From the NCBI GenBank assembly GCA_009602735.1, contig WELA01003378.1:189712-253711 (forward strand): DNA of 64,000 nt, written 5' to 3'. This DNA is from Mesotaenium endlicherianum. Taxonomy: Eukaryota. A program made the position numbers and the translations under genes. Each line of letters starts with the position of its first letter. Positions within the stretch are counted from its first letter, which is position 1. The notes beneath the pieces were generated by a model. It did no database searches. It saw only the letters and a program-made list of their open reading frames with translations, and was not told where the DNA came from. Shown here piece by piece: positions 12,520 through 25,619 of the stretch.

Positions 12520-13143
12520 TTGCTTGCTTGGCTAATATGCAAGTCTGCAGGTCTGTTGCCTCTCTTCTCTCTATCTCCCTCTTGCTTGCTTGCTTGGCTG
12601 ATCTGCTGGTTTTCTCTCCTCTCTCACACCTCCTCTCTATTTCTCTCTTTCCTCTGTCCCCTCTCTCCCTCTATGTCTCTCTGGCTTGCTTGCTTGGATG
12701 AGTTGCTGGTCTGCTGGTTTGCCGGTCCGCCGTCTCTCTCCTCTCTGTCTCTCACTCTCTCTTTCTATCTCCCTCTTGCTTTCTTGCTTGGCTGGTTTGC
12801 TGGTCTGCTCTCTCTCACTCTTTCTCTCTCTCTCTTGTCTCTCTCTCGCCCCCCCCTCCCTCTCTCTCCTCTCTCCCTCTATGTGTCTCTTGCTTGCTTG
12901 CTTGGCTAATCTGGTGGTCGGCTGGTATGCCGTCTCTCTCCCCTCTCTCTCTCTCCCTTGCTTGCTTGCCTGCCCAGCCTGCTGGTTCTCTCGCGTCTCT
13001 CCCTTCTCTCTCTTTCTCTCTCTCTCTCTCTTGCTTGCCTTGTCTGCTGATTTGGAGGTTTGCTCTCTCCTCTCTCGCTCAGCCTATATTATTGTTTGCT
13101 TGCTTGGGTGGTCCACTCGTTCTCTCTCCTCTCTCTCTCTTGC
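12460..13143 (+). repeat. Same composite CT-rich repeat downstream of the transposase stop
   Basis: Pure (CT)n at ~12473-12515 followed by the same modules. Confidence 0.9.
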
Positions 13144-14299
13144 TAGTGCATAGCATCTCTTAAATACCTAATCATCTTCATATTGTGCAGTCTAATGTTA
13201 TTGAGTATGAGATAATAGTTTTAATGCATACTCATTTAAGAGGCTAAGCTAAAGAGAATACAGCAAACACATATTAGTTTACTATAGGCTAAAAGCTAGT
13301 ATAGGATGAAGAGAAGCTGTGATTAATTGACAATTTCACTCGACGCGTGAAATTATGATACGACAAAGAAGTCTCAATAGTGCCAATAACAAACAATGAA
13401 CGACATGAGCGCTACATTGTAAATCAGTTAGACCTAAGGTCATATTTTCCTAATGGAACTTGCTTGCAGGCCTTACAGCTATCCTCCAGCTACAAGTGTG
13501 ACAACAAACTGGTACTTGGGCATAAGAGCATAGTGCGCGCACTCTCTCCAAGACTGCCCACATTATCCCCCCAAAGGACATAAACACATAAGACAAATAT
13601 TCATGCCATCGGAGGGCAAATATTACAGAATTGTGCAAAAGTCAAAAAGCCATATAGAGCCCAAAGTCCCGTACACTAAAGAGTACACCAAAGCAAAGCA
13701 AAGCAGAGTAGAGCACTGCAGATGCATGCTGATATTAGAACTATGAAACACATGCAAAAGAGAAAGTCTCAGAGTGTGTCGTGACGTACCTCGTCAAAAT
13801 GTTGTCAAATAAGACAGGCTGGTCTGGCAAGGAGTACACGACCACATGCGTCACACTTGGTGATGGGTCCGTTGCCAAGCACCCTCCGTACATAACCACC
13901 TCAAGTGACAATTGCCGCAGCGTCATTGCATCAACAGCTTGAAAGTGGGGGTTGCTGCATGTGAAGAGGTTGCACAGGTTCTGCATAATCAAGCATCAAA
14001 GCAAAAGAAGCAAGAGTAGCACAATACACAGCAGCACAACACAGCACAGCAAAGAAGAGCAAGACAGCAGCACAAACACAGCAGCAGCAGGTGCAAAGCA
14101 ACCTAGGCACACAGCAGAACACCAACATCCCCTAGCAGCAGCAGGTGCAAAGAAGCCTAGCAGCACGGCAGAACAGCAGCACCCCCTCGCAGCATAACAC
14201 CACAGCAGAAGGAAAATACCACAGCAATATTGCAGCAGCAAAGCAAGGTAGCAAGCAGAGAGCACGGCTCAACAGTACCATAGCAGCAGCGGCACAACG

Positions 14300-16866
14300 A
14301 ATGCGTAAGAGAGAGAGAGAGGAGAGAGAGAAAGGACAGAAGAGGACCAACAAGCAACTAAGCAAGCATGCAATAGAGAGAGAGAGGAGAGAAGGGAGAG
14401 AGAACCAGTAGCCAACAGGACCTGAAAACCAGCCAAGAAAGCGAGCAAACAAGAGAGGGCGAGAGGGGCAGAGAGGAGAGAGAGAGAGGAGAGAGAGGAG
14501 AGAGGAGAAGGAGGACCAACGAACCAGCAGAGTAGACAAGCAAGCAAGCAAGGGAGAGAGAGAAAGAGAAAGAGACCAGCGGGGGGGGGAGAGAGGGACA
14601 ACTAGCAGATCAGCCAAGCAGCGAAGCAAGAGAAACAGAACCACCAGACCAACAGACGTCAAAACCAGCCAACAAAGCGAGCAAGCATGAGGGAGAAAGG
14701 GCATACAAGCAAACCAACATCACAAAGAGAGAGAAGAGACGCAAGAGAGCACCACCAACCCACAATACCTAAAGAAAATTGCCAAGAGAGCAAGCAAGAC
14801 AGAGAGTGGGAGAGAGAGATAGGGGAGAGAGGAGAGAGAGGCCAGCAGACCAGCAGACCTAAAAACCAACCAAGAAAGCAAGCAAGAGAAAGAGGAAGGC
14901 AGAGAGAGGGAGAGAGAGGCGAGAGACAAAGGAGAGAAGAGAGAGAACCAGCAGACCAGCAAACTTGCAAAACCAGCCAAGAAAGCAAGCAAGAGAGAGG
15001 GGGGGGGAGAGAGAGAGGGAGAGGCGAGGAGAGAGAACCAGCACACCAGCAGACCAGAAGAGTAACGAAGCAAGCAAGCAAGGGAGAAAGAGAGAGATAG
15101 AGAGAAAGAGAAAGAGAGAGACTGAGGGGGAGGGGAGAGAGGAGGGAAGTGGGACAACCAGCAGAGGAGAGATCCGGCCAAGCAACAAGCAAGAGAGACA
15201 AAACTAGCAGCTGAGCAGACCTCAAAACCAGCCGAAAAAAGCGAGTACGAGTGATGGACAGAGAGCACCCAAGTAAGCAACATGAAAGAGAGAGACCGAA
15301 GAGAGGAGAGAGAGAACCACCAGCTCACCGGACCAAAAACCAGCCAAGAAAGCAACTAGGACAGAGAGGGGGAGAGAGAGAAGGGGAGAGAGAGAGGAGA
15401 GAGAGGACCAGCGGACCAGCAAACCAGAACACCAACCCAGAAAGAAAGCAAGAGAGAGAGGGGGGAGAGAGGGAGAGTGGAGAGAGAGAAAGGAGAGGAG
15501 GGAAAGAACAAGCACACCACCAAGCCTCCAACACCAGCGACGAAAGCCAGAAAGAGAGATAGGGGGGAAGAGAGAGAGGGGGGGGCGAGNNNNNNNNNNN
15601 NNNNNNNNNNNNNNNNNNNNNNNNNNNNNNNNNNNNNNNNNNNNNNNNNNNNNNNNNNNNNNNNNNNNNNNNNNNNNNNNNNNNNNNNNNNNNNNNNNNN
15701 NNNNNNNNNNNNNNNNNNNNNNNNNNNNNNNNNNNNNNNNNNNNNNNNNNNNNNNNNNNNNNNNNNNNNNNNNNNNNNNNNNNNNNNNNNNNNNNNNNNN
15801 NNNNNNNNNNNNNNNNNNNNNNNNNNNNNNNNNNNNNNNNNNNNNNNNNNNNNNNNNNNNNNNNNNNNNNNNNNNNNNNNNNNNNNNNNNNNNNNNNNNN
15901 NNNNNNNNNNNNNNNNNNNNNNNNNNNNNNNNNNNNNNNNNNNNNNNNNNNNNNNNNNNNNNNNNNNNNNNNNNNNNNNNNNNNNNNNNNNNNNNNNNNN
16001 NNNNNNNNNNNNNNNNNNNNNNNNNNNNNNNNNNNNNNNNNNNNNNNNNNNNNNNNNNNNNNNNNNNNNNNNNNNNNNNNNNNNNNNNNNNNNNNNNNNN
16101 NNNNNNNNNNNNNNNNNNNNNNNNNNNNNNNNNNNNNNNNNNNNNNNNNNNNNNNNNNNNNNNNNNNNNNNNNNNNNNNNNNNNNNNNNNNNNNNNNNNN
16201 NNNNNNNNNNNNNNNNNNNNNNNNNNNNNNNNNNNNNNNNNNNNNNNNNNNNNNNNNNNNNNNNNNNNNNNNNNNNNNNNNNNNNNNNNNNNNNNNNNNN
16301 NNNNNNNNGGGGGGGAGAGAGAGAGGAGAGAGAGGCAAGAAAGATGAGAGAAGACGAGCGGACCAGCGAACCAGCAGATCTGAAAACCAACCAAGAAAGC
16401 AAGCAAGAGAGAGGGGGAGAGAGGGAGAGAGGAGAGAGAAAAAGAACCAGCAGAACAGCAAACTTGCAAAATCAGCCAAGAAAGCAAGCAAGAAAGAGAG
16501 GGGGGGAGAGAGAGAGGAGAGAGAGGCAAGAAAGATGAGAGAAGACGAGCGGACCAGCGAACCAGCAGATCTGAAAACCAACCAAGAAAGCAAGCAAGAG
16601 AGAGGGGGAGAAAGGGAGAGAGAGGAGAGAGAGAAAAAGAACCAGCAGACCAGCAAACCTGCAAAATCAGCCAAGAAAGCAAGCAAGAGAGAGAGGGGGG
16701 GAGAGAGAGAGGAGAGAGAGGCAAGAGAGACGAGAGAGGACGAGCGGACCAGCGAACCAGCAGATCTGAAAACCAACCAAGAAAGCAAGCAAGAGAGAGG
16801 GGAAGANNNNNNNNNNNNNNNNNNNNNNNNNNNNNNNNNNNNNNNNNNNNNNNNNNNNNNNNNNNN

Positions 16867-16911
<45 letters not shown>

Positions 16912-17100
16912 AACAGACCAGCCAAGCAAGCAAGAAAGAGAGAAGAACCAGCATACGAGCAGACCTCAAAACCAGCCAACAACGTGAGCAACAAAGAGAG
17001 AGAGGAGAGAGAGGAGGAGACCACTAGACCAGCCAAGCAAGCGAGCAAGAGATAAAAAGACAACCAGCAGACCCAGGACCTGATAACCAGCCAAAAAAGC
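14300..17100 (-). repeat. Composite CT-rich repeat (GA-rich on +) in the LIG4-fragment intron; includes ~190-bp tandem units at 16309-16805
   Basis: Reverse complement of the modules seen at 9250-11270; the unit containing GACGAGCGGACCAGCGAACCAGCAGATCTGAAAACCAACC recurs three times. Confidence 0.9.
15590..16308. other. Assembly gap (N run); a second gap lies at 16807-16866
   Basis: N bases inside the GA-rich repeat. Confidence 1.
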
Positions 17101-18762
17101 CCTGAAAAACTAAAACCTGAACCCTACAGCACAAGAATGTACAACAGTCTGAATGTTGATTTTATCTTACACAGATTGAAGAGGACATGAAATGGAGATT
17201 TCACAGGAGTTGAACAGCCCTTGCAAGGCAGACGGCCACTCCTCTTGTTGACATTGAATAATTTGGGCTTGTGTGATAGGCAAATCAATCCCATCCATGC
17301 CTGCAAAAACCTGCAAGGCAGAGGCAGAGAATTAGTGATGGGGAGGAAGGACATTGCATATAAAATGCTGAGTAGTTCCGAAAAGGTATCTATTCGCCTG
17401 GATAGGTGTAATTTTCATGTGCACTGGCGTCAGTTACTTATAGAAAACCTTACCTGCCGTAAATCTGCAACACTGAGTGAATTGAAGAAGGCGTCCCCGA
17501 AGACGTCGTCCTCCCCCCTAACCTTCTCGCGACGTGACATTTTACTTTCTTGTTTTGCAGAGGTGCGCAGATGCTACGAACATGCACAGCAATGGAGTAG
17601 CTTAATGTGCATGACGAAGCATCGACCCGGCAGATAGAGTGTAGAGATAAAATTACTTCTCACGTAAAGTTAAAATGCTTAAGTTAAGCCGGCACCTATC
17701 GTGAGCACACTCCGTTTACACCAAACACGCGTGTACTCCCTCTACGTCATTCTGTATGACAGCGTGTTAGAATGGTACGTATTGGGATCCGAGCTGGTTC
17801 ATGTGAGCGAACAAAGAGTGCTGTGCTAAAGAAAACGACTGCGCTTAAAAAAAACTATCAAATCGACAACGACTTATACTTGAATTGTGCCGTACGAGAA
17901 TATGGCGTACAAAATTCGTACAATACGTCACATGCAGCCTGTACGGCCGAATTTTTAAACTAGGTTTCTCGCTGATGTTGAGTAGTGGCTATAAAACTAC
18001 AGGATTACGAGAAGGTCAAGCACACTGGTGCTTTACTGAAAGGCAGTGCAGCAGACTGGTGGCCGTATTGGAAAGGAGAGTGTAATGCTCAGCAGCTCGG
18101 TGACCCTACTTGAGTAGAGTTTGTCGAGAAACTGCATGAGAAGTTTGATGTCATCAATTAGCAGGAGAAAGCTATCTATGCAATGACCTTGACACTGAAG
18201 CAGACCACTTCAATTGCCGAGTTTGCTCAAAAGTTCCAGGAGAACATGATGAGCAGCCAGACTTGCCAGAACAGTGTAGGATAGCATACTTCAGGTATGG
18301 CTTGAAATTTGAAGGCTCAGGTCGTTTTGCTAAAAAGAAGTACGAGAAACTGGCCAACTTGATCCAGGACGTTGATGCCTGGGATCAGCAACAGTTCAGT
18401 CACAAGCGCCAGAGTAATGCTTTGGTGTCTACGATTGTCAGAAAGCCACACGGTTCCTACAATGCAATTGAAGGAGACCAGGCTCAGGACCATCAGGGTG
18501 ATGAGTATGAGTAAAATGCTATGCAGTCTAGAGGGAGAGGTGGTTACTCTTGAGGTGGCTATAGAAGAGGTGGTGGTAGGATTAAGCCGAGACCAGTCTC
18601 AGCAAAATCTAAGCTGGGTCACTCCAAAGAGCAGTGTCCAGTGAAGCACCTGTCAAAGGTTGAGAGAAAGGACCAGCCTTTAAAAGACAGCAACAGTCAG
18701 TAATCCTGTCTACTGACTGTGAGGATGCTAGAGATAGTAAGTCATCACTAGCTGCCCTCTGG

Positions 18763-21208
18763 ATGCTCTTGTTCCACCTGATGTCCAACATTTCTTTGGT
18801 GAGTCAGGAGAACAATGCAAATGTCAAGAAAAGACAGTCCCCCCTATCCTACTGCATTTGCATGATTGCAGGTAGGAAGGTGAGGACATTTGTTGACGGA
18901 GGGGCGTCACATACCTTTATCCACAAGGACTTAGTTAAGCGGCTAAGGTTGCCTACTGTCACCCAAGGGAACAGGAAAATATTCCTTGGAGATGCCTCAA
19001 GTATCCCGGGAGGAGTTATAACCAAGCCTATTGAGGTCCAGTTAGGATCTGGCATTGCAGTTCTAACTGAAACGCTTACATTTGTGGTACTCAACACTGG
19101 CTTTTATGATCTCGTGCTAGGTCCTAGCTTAACAGACATCAAGCTGAAGTGTGTTAGAGCAGAGGTACAGTTAAAGTGAGAGGAGCCAGTGATGGGAAGA
19201 CGAACTTGGCACCTACCATTGCTCTTCCTCTTGTCCCGTATGGATGGCAAATGAAGGAAAAGAAGAGGCTTCCAGGAGGATGCAAATTTCTGAATGCCAT
19301 GGAGTTCATCAAAAGTTGGAAGCAGAAGGAAGACAAAATGTTGTGTCTGCTGCTAAAAGAGGTACCTCCTCAACCTGAAGAAGTGATTCACAAAAAGGTG
19401 ATCCCTCCGAAGCACCCTACTGCTGCAAAACTTTTTGCTCAGTATACTGATGTTTTAATGTGCCTCCACGACTGTCCCCTAAGAGGGAAGTAGATCATAA
19501 GATTGATCTATTACTTGGGAGTCAGCCACCTTGGCAGCGCACCTATGGCATGTCTTATGTGGACGGAAAAGAGCAGAGCTGGAAAAAAATGGTTATATTT
19601 CCTCCAGTAAATCACCTTATGGTGCACCCATTCTATTTGTTAAGAGCAAGGATGGTAGTATGCGAATGTGTGTGGATTACAAAACTCTTGACCGTAAAGA
19701 ACAAGTATGCTATACCCAGAATCGAGGACTTGCTTGATATCCTGTCTGGTGCTAAAGTGTTCAGTAAGATAGATCTCAAGAGTGGTTATCATCAAATCAG
19801 AATTGCTGAAGAAGATCATCACAAGACTGCCTTCCGCACACGTTATGGACACTATGAGTTTAATATGATGCCGTTTGGACTGACTAATGCTGTTGCAACC
19901 TTCATGGGTGCTATGAATGACATTTCCAGGCCGTACTTGGATAAGTTTGTGCAAATCTTCTTGGATGATAATTTTATTTTCTCTAAAAATGAAGCTGAGC
20001 ATGCTGAGCACTTAAAGACAGTGATGGACACTCTCAGTTATATGCTAAAATGAGCAAGTGTGATTTCTTTAACGAAAGTATTGAATTCTTGGGCCACATG
20101 GTCAGCAAGGAAGGCATCAGTGTGAATTCTAAGAAAGTCCAGACCATAAGGACTGGCCAATACCACAGTCTGTCTCGGAATTTAGATTCTTCTTTGGGTT
20201 GGCTAGCTACTATAGAAGATTCATTGACAATTATTTTACAAAGGCCAGTAAACTAACTGACCTTACTAAGGAGGACATAGGGTATGTGTAGGGGAAAGAG
20301 CAGCACGCTGCCTTCCAGACCCTTAAAGGTGCTCTCTGTTCTGCCCCAGTCTTAGCAGTGTATGACCCCAGCAAACCTGTGCAGGTAGTCACTGATGCTT
20401 CTCACTTTGCCATGGGTGCTATATTGTTGTAGCCTGCTGACAAAAGCACAAAGGATGGTAAGGTAAGGCAGGAGTAGCATCTTGTGTTGTATGAGTCTAT
20501 GAAATTTAATCCAGCTGAGATTAATTACTCTGTGCATGATAAAGAGCTGCTAGCTATCATTCATGTGCTCAAACAGTGGAGAGCATGCTTACATGGTAAA
20601 ACTTTTAAGGTGATTACAAATCATCTAGCTCTAACTCACTTTTAGAAGAAGTCCATGCTGTCGAGGAGGGAGAACCGCTGGAGCCAGATGCTGGAGCAGT
20701 TCCAAGTCCACATTGACTACAAAGCAGGGAAGTTGAATCCTGCTGATGCACTCTCTAGTCGACTTGACTTGCAACACCGGAACTTTAGTTAGCATGCGGT
20801 AGATAAAGTTCTTTGTGCACTCACGTCACTAAAGGTGAAAAAGTCCTTCCTTGAACAACTTAGGAAAGCCTACCTTTTTGACGCAAGCCCAATCCCACTG
20901 ATGGTGTATGTCCTACTACTGCACTCGGATGTAGGCTAAAGCAAGGGGTCTGGATGACTGAAACCACTACAGGCAGGCTAAAGCTGGTCATTCTTAATAA
21001 CTTGGAAATATAGTCACTCTTATTGAGTCAAGCACATGACAGTTTACTGGGTGGGCATTTGGGGCAGGCCAAAACTGTTGGCAAACTGGCAAAACATTAT
21101 CACTGGGAGGGGTTGCCTCGGGAGGTCGTGAAATATGTTAAGTCTCGTGATCAATGTCCGAAAAATAAGTCTAGGCACACACCACGGGAGTGGCTATTAC
21201 AACCACTA
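18763..21208 (+). pseudogene. pol: A1 pol, 5' part (protease, RT, RNase H, start of integrase), decayed
   Basis: [43 protein letters not shown]; many stops and frameshifts. Confidence 0.92.
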
Positions 21209-21938
21209 TGAAAGGGGCAGAGTGCCCTAGTGGAAGCGTAATAACTCACGAGGAAAGGAAGCGGTTGCAATCATACTAAAGAGTGCAGCGGCATATCACT
21301 AAGAAAGCTTAGAAAAATTACTCAACATTTTGAGTACTAAGAAACTGTTCACAAATAATGTAGGATGGAAGGCCTTGTCATTACCAACCCGTAGAAATCT
21401 ACAGAAGTGAAAATTGATAAGAAACAAAGAATTTCTGCCTATTTACAATTTTCTGCCTAAGTGCTCCTCTCTAGGAGGAAGCTATGGATTTTCCTAAGTG
21501 TTCGTCAAATCGTCCCTTACAGAATATTCGTGAGTAAGCCAGATCAGTCGTATCTGACGTGTCGGGCCGAATTGACGTCCACATACATGCATCGACATTA
21601 CTAGAATATTCTATCTTAGACGCGCTAGGCTAAACCGAAACTTCTAGGTAAATCGACCTAGTCGGCACTCGGCGTCTGCCGAACTTACGTGAAGGTTTGA
21701 GTTCATTCTAACGGGCCAGATCGCTCGACGCTGTCGGTCAATCCGACGGTCGCGCTCACCGCGAATTAAGGACAGTCGTCAACCGACCTCAAAACTAATC
21801 AAACTTCGGAAATCCATAACTCTCTCAATACTTGGCCAGATTTGATGAACTTTATATCAAAATGACCACAAAATGCACTCTATACTACTATACAATCAAA
21901 ACATACTTTCATGAATCTCAAAAATGCACTTTATAAAC

Positions 21939-24900
21939 CTATGACCTTACATCATCCCCTTCCTCAAGATGCGACGTCCTCGACGCATACTGCAGATAAC
22001 GTCTCAACTTACTCCTACAATGAGTCAAGTTGGCCTCTGGCTCCCAAGTGTTGTCGTTCGCATGGTAGCCTTTCCACTTGACCAGATACTCTTGGACAAA
22101 TCGTTGACCTCGTTTCACTCGTGGATCGCCGAGAATCGCCTCCACTTCATACTCCAACACATCATCGATCTCGACCGGTGGTGGCGGTGTAGGTAGTCGT
22201 CCTGGATGTCCTTCATTCGGGTCAACGTATGGCCGCAGACAACTGACATGGAACACAGCATGGATACGCCTGCCTGAAAGAAGGTCCAACTTGTAGGCCA
22301 CTGGATCCACCTGCTTGAGCAGTACAAAGGGACCTGTAAACCGTGCCCGCAATTTCCTCTTGCCTGTGAAAGGTAGGTTCTCTGTGGACAAGAGTGCTTT
22401 GTCGCCCACATGGACTGTCACTTCCCTCCTGTGCTTGTGAGCATGCTTGACCTGCTCTTCGTGTTCCTTCCGAATACACGTCTTCGCCATATGCCAAGTG
22501 TTGGCCACCTGCTCCATAAAAGCTTGTGTAGTAGGAACCTGAGTCTCCTTGGCCTTCTCCAACAAGATGTTCCCTGGATGATATACTTCTCGCCCATAAA
22601 CCATAGCGTATGGTGACTGCTTGGTCAATCCCTGCATACTGTTGTTGTAGGCAAACTCCAATCCTGGCAGCTTCCTGTCCCACTCTGAAGGGTCTTCCAT
22701 AGTGAAACTCCTGAGCACCTCTTGCAAAGTTCTGTTGAGCCTCTCACTCTGCCCGTCTGTTTGAAGATTATAGGAAGTGCTCATACTCAGCTTGTTCCTC
22801 ATCAAAGTAAACAATGACCGCCAAAAGTTGCCAGTAAACCTTGGATCTCGATCTGAAACAATCTCCTTCGGCAACCCATGTAGCCTGAAAATATGATCAA
22901 AGAATAGCCGTGCCACATCCGCTGCCGTAGAAGTTTCCTTTATGGGAATGAAGTAAGCCATCTTGCTGAGTCGATCAGACACAACCCATACTGCATCATG
23001 CCCTTGATCACTCATTGGTAAAGATGTGATGAAGTCCATACCAATTTGCTCCCAAGGATACTCTGGAAAAGGCAGGGGTTGCAATGTACCTCCCTTCTTT
23101 TGATTTGGTGTCTTGTTTCTCTGGCACGCATCGCAACTCTTGATCCACTCCTCGATGTTCTTGTCCATAGTTCTCCAGTAGTATTCCCGTTTCAGCACGC
23201 TTGCCGTCTTCTCGCTTCCAAAGTGTCCAGCATATAAGCAGTCATGATGCTCCGCAAGTAGTGAGTCACGTAGCTCCTTGCTGTCAGGTACCACAACTCT
23301 GTTCAAATCACCATAATACCATATGCCATCCTTCTTCTGCATACTCGAGTTGGACTCAGCTGCTCCACCATCAGCAAACTCTGGGTCCTCCTCATAACCT
23401 GTTTGAAGCTTCTCCTTGAAGTCCATATTCTCCTTGATGACTAAGACAGCTGTAAGGTCACACCTCCTGGATAAAGCGTCTGCAGGGTTGATCTTCTCAG
23501 GTAAGTACTCAATCTTGTGGTGAAAATGTTGCAGAAACTCCATCCACCTTGCCTGTCTTGGTGTCAACGTTGGCTGCGTCATTAACTTCTCCAAGCTCTT
23601 GTGGTCGGTCTTGATGAACACCCTCCGTCCGTCCACATAACATCGCCAATTCCTCAAAGCCTGAATAATAGCCAACATCTCCCGCTTGTGTGCTGCATAA
23701 TTCTGCTCAGCAAGACTCAACTTCCTGCTCTCGTATGCCACAGGCTGCAATCCCTTGCCCTGGTCCTGGAGAAGAATGGCCCCCACTGCAAAGTTTGATG
23801 CGTCTGTGATGATGGTAAAAGGAAGTTCTGGACTGGCGATTGCCAACAAAGGTGCTTGTGTCAATAACTCCTTAATCCTCTCAAATGCTTGCGGCTCCTT
23901 GTCACCCCATAGCCACTTCTCCTGCTTCTTCAACATGTCCGTGAGCGGTGCACACACCTTGGCAAATCCTTCAATGAAACGTCGATAATAATTCACCATG
24001 CCGAGGAAACTTCTGAGTTGATGAATATCAGCAGGTACCGGCCAATCTCTGACTGCTTGCACCTTCTTCTGCTCCACCTTGACTCCTTCAGCCCCCACTA
24101 TGTGCCCAAGAAACTCGACCTCCTTGAGACAGAAGTCGCACTTGCTCATCTTCCCATATAAATTTTGATCTCTCAAGACCTCCAACACCTTCTTCAAATG
24201 CTCCACATGCTCTTCCAAGGTCTTGGAATAGATTAAGATGTCGTCCAAAAATACCACCACAAACTGGTCCAAGTAGGGCCTGAAGATACTATTCATGAGT
24301 CCCATGAATGTAGCAGGTGCATTAGTCGATCCAGAAGGCATGAATGTGAACTCGAACAAACCATAGCGAGTGCTGAAAGCAATCTTCTGAACGTCTCCTT
24401 CCGCAATCCGTACCTGGTGATAGCCACTCCTCAAATCGATCTTCGAGAAATACTTCGCCCCGACAAGCCTGTCAATCAACTCGTCCACTCGTGAAAGTGG
24501 GTACCTGTTCTTGATGGTGACCTTGTTCAGTGCCCGGTAGTCGACGCACATCCTCATAGTCCCATCCTTCTTCACAAATAAGACTGGCGCTGCAAATGGA
24601 GACTCGCTGGGTCGGATGAATCCCTTCTCCAACAACTCTGTCAGCTGCTTCTTCAACTCATCCAACTTCGCAAACAATTGTCGATAGGCGGGTCTCACTG
24701 GTGGCTTGCTCCCTGGTTCCAACTCAATCTTGTGCCCCATAGCTCTCTGTGGAGGTAATCCTGCAGGTAGCTCCTCAGGAAACACGCACTTGAACTCCTC
24801 CAACAGCGCCTTAATTTGGGCAGGCATCTCAGCAGGCTTCTTCTCTTGAGCAGTTGGGCTCTGCTCCTTCTGAGCAAGGGGATCAGACACCACTACTTGC

Positions 24901-25619
24901 TCCTCCGGCGATGTACATTCGCCCAACCTGTTAGGATTCACGCTTGCTCCATCTGATGACCTGGCCAGGGCCACCGAAACAAGGTACATCTCCTTCACCT
25001 GATTCGCCCTGCATAGCTTCTTAACTTGCAGGCTCGACAGAAGACGATTACTTGTGGTCGTATCTACCTCCACCTGTTTTGCTGTCTCCATTCGACCATC
25101 ATGTCGTTGGACTTTCACTTGTCCTGTGCTCTAGTGCACTTGAGGGTTGGCTTTTCTCAGCCATGGTCGGCCCAATATCACCTCGTGGTGACCTAACTTC
25201 GCCTGCTCCATAACTTCAGTACTCTGGTGCCCCGCTACTTCCACGTGAATAGCTTCCGTAGATGCACCATACTTGAGTCTCTGCCCATTTGCCAAAATTG
25301 CCTCCTTAGGCTCATAATGCTTTTGCACAAAGATTCGCCACTCTTTCACCAGCTTCTTGTGCACAAAGTTTGCACTTGCGCCACTGTCGACCATACACTT
25401 CGCCTTGTTGCCGTCGACCACTCCTTCCACGATGATAGGATTGTCAACATCTCGTCTTTCGCTTCTCGGCAGGCTCCTGGAGATAACCTCCTTGTGAGTT
25501 CTCGTCTTCACGCCAGTAGACACCCCAGAACGTCTTACTGGCGTCCTCCTTTTTCTTGCTGTTGATGTTGCTTCGACTTCAAATGAAAGTCTCGAGCCAG
25601 ATGTCCAAGCTTGCCGCAA
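21939..25619 (-). CDS. pol: Family D pol (protease, RT, RNase H, integrase, chromodomain); one in-frame TAG at 25131-25133
   Basis: [32 protein letters not shown]...CDAC; SDRDPRF; YEVEAIL...YLVKWKGY...TWEPE. Confidence 0.93.

Larger units (their letters stand above)
13424..17540 (-). pseudogene. LIG4: Captured DNA ligase IV C-terminal fragment (XRCC4-interacting region + BRCT2); exons 17540-17454, 17310-17171, 13954-13790, 13553-13424
   Basis: Spliced 522 nt: MSRREKVRGEDDVFGDAFFNSLSVADLRQ|VFAGMDGID...GLFNSCEISISCPLQSV|NPHFQAVDAMTLRQLSLEVVMYGG...VTHVVVYSLP...|SLGES...SHL*LEDSC...YDLRSN*. All junctions are GT-AG and in phase. One TAG (13490-13492) sits at the conserved BRCT Trp. Family assignment rests on remembered plant LIG4 motifs. 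Confidence 0.78.
6671..17964 (+). mobile_element. hAT-superfamily DNA transposon, ~11.3 kb, with cargo
   Basis: TIR CCTAGTTTAAA (6671-6681) and TTTAAACTAGG (17954-17964); perfect 8-bp TSD TTTCTCGC (6663-6670 and 17965-17972); internal hAT transposase. Confidence 0.95.
5989..18700 (+). pseudogene. gag: gag of A1, split by the hAT insertion (5989-6670 and 17965-~18700)
   Basis: MVRTRSQ... start is shared with 62651; the KFLA|DVE peptide is interrupted exactly at the hAT TSD; stops and frameshifts downstream. Confidence 0.85.

Noticed and set aside
9248..17063. Many long overlapping Leu/Ser- or Arg/Glu-rich ORFs in the ORF track
   Set aside because: Artefacts of stop-poor CT/GA repeats and N gaps; they lie in introns or UTR-like sequence.
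13424..17540. Native host LIG4 gene
   Set aside because: No catalytic or BRCT1 exons were found, and the fragment lies between hAT TIRs inside a retrotransposon gag.
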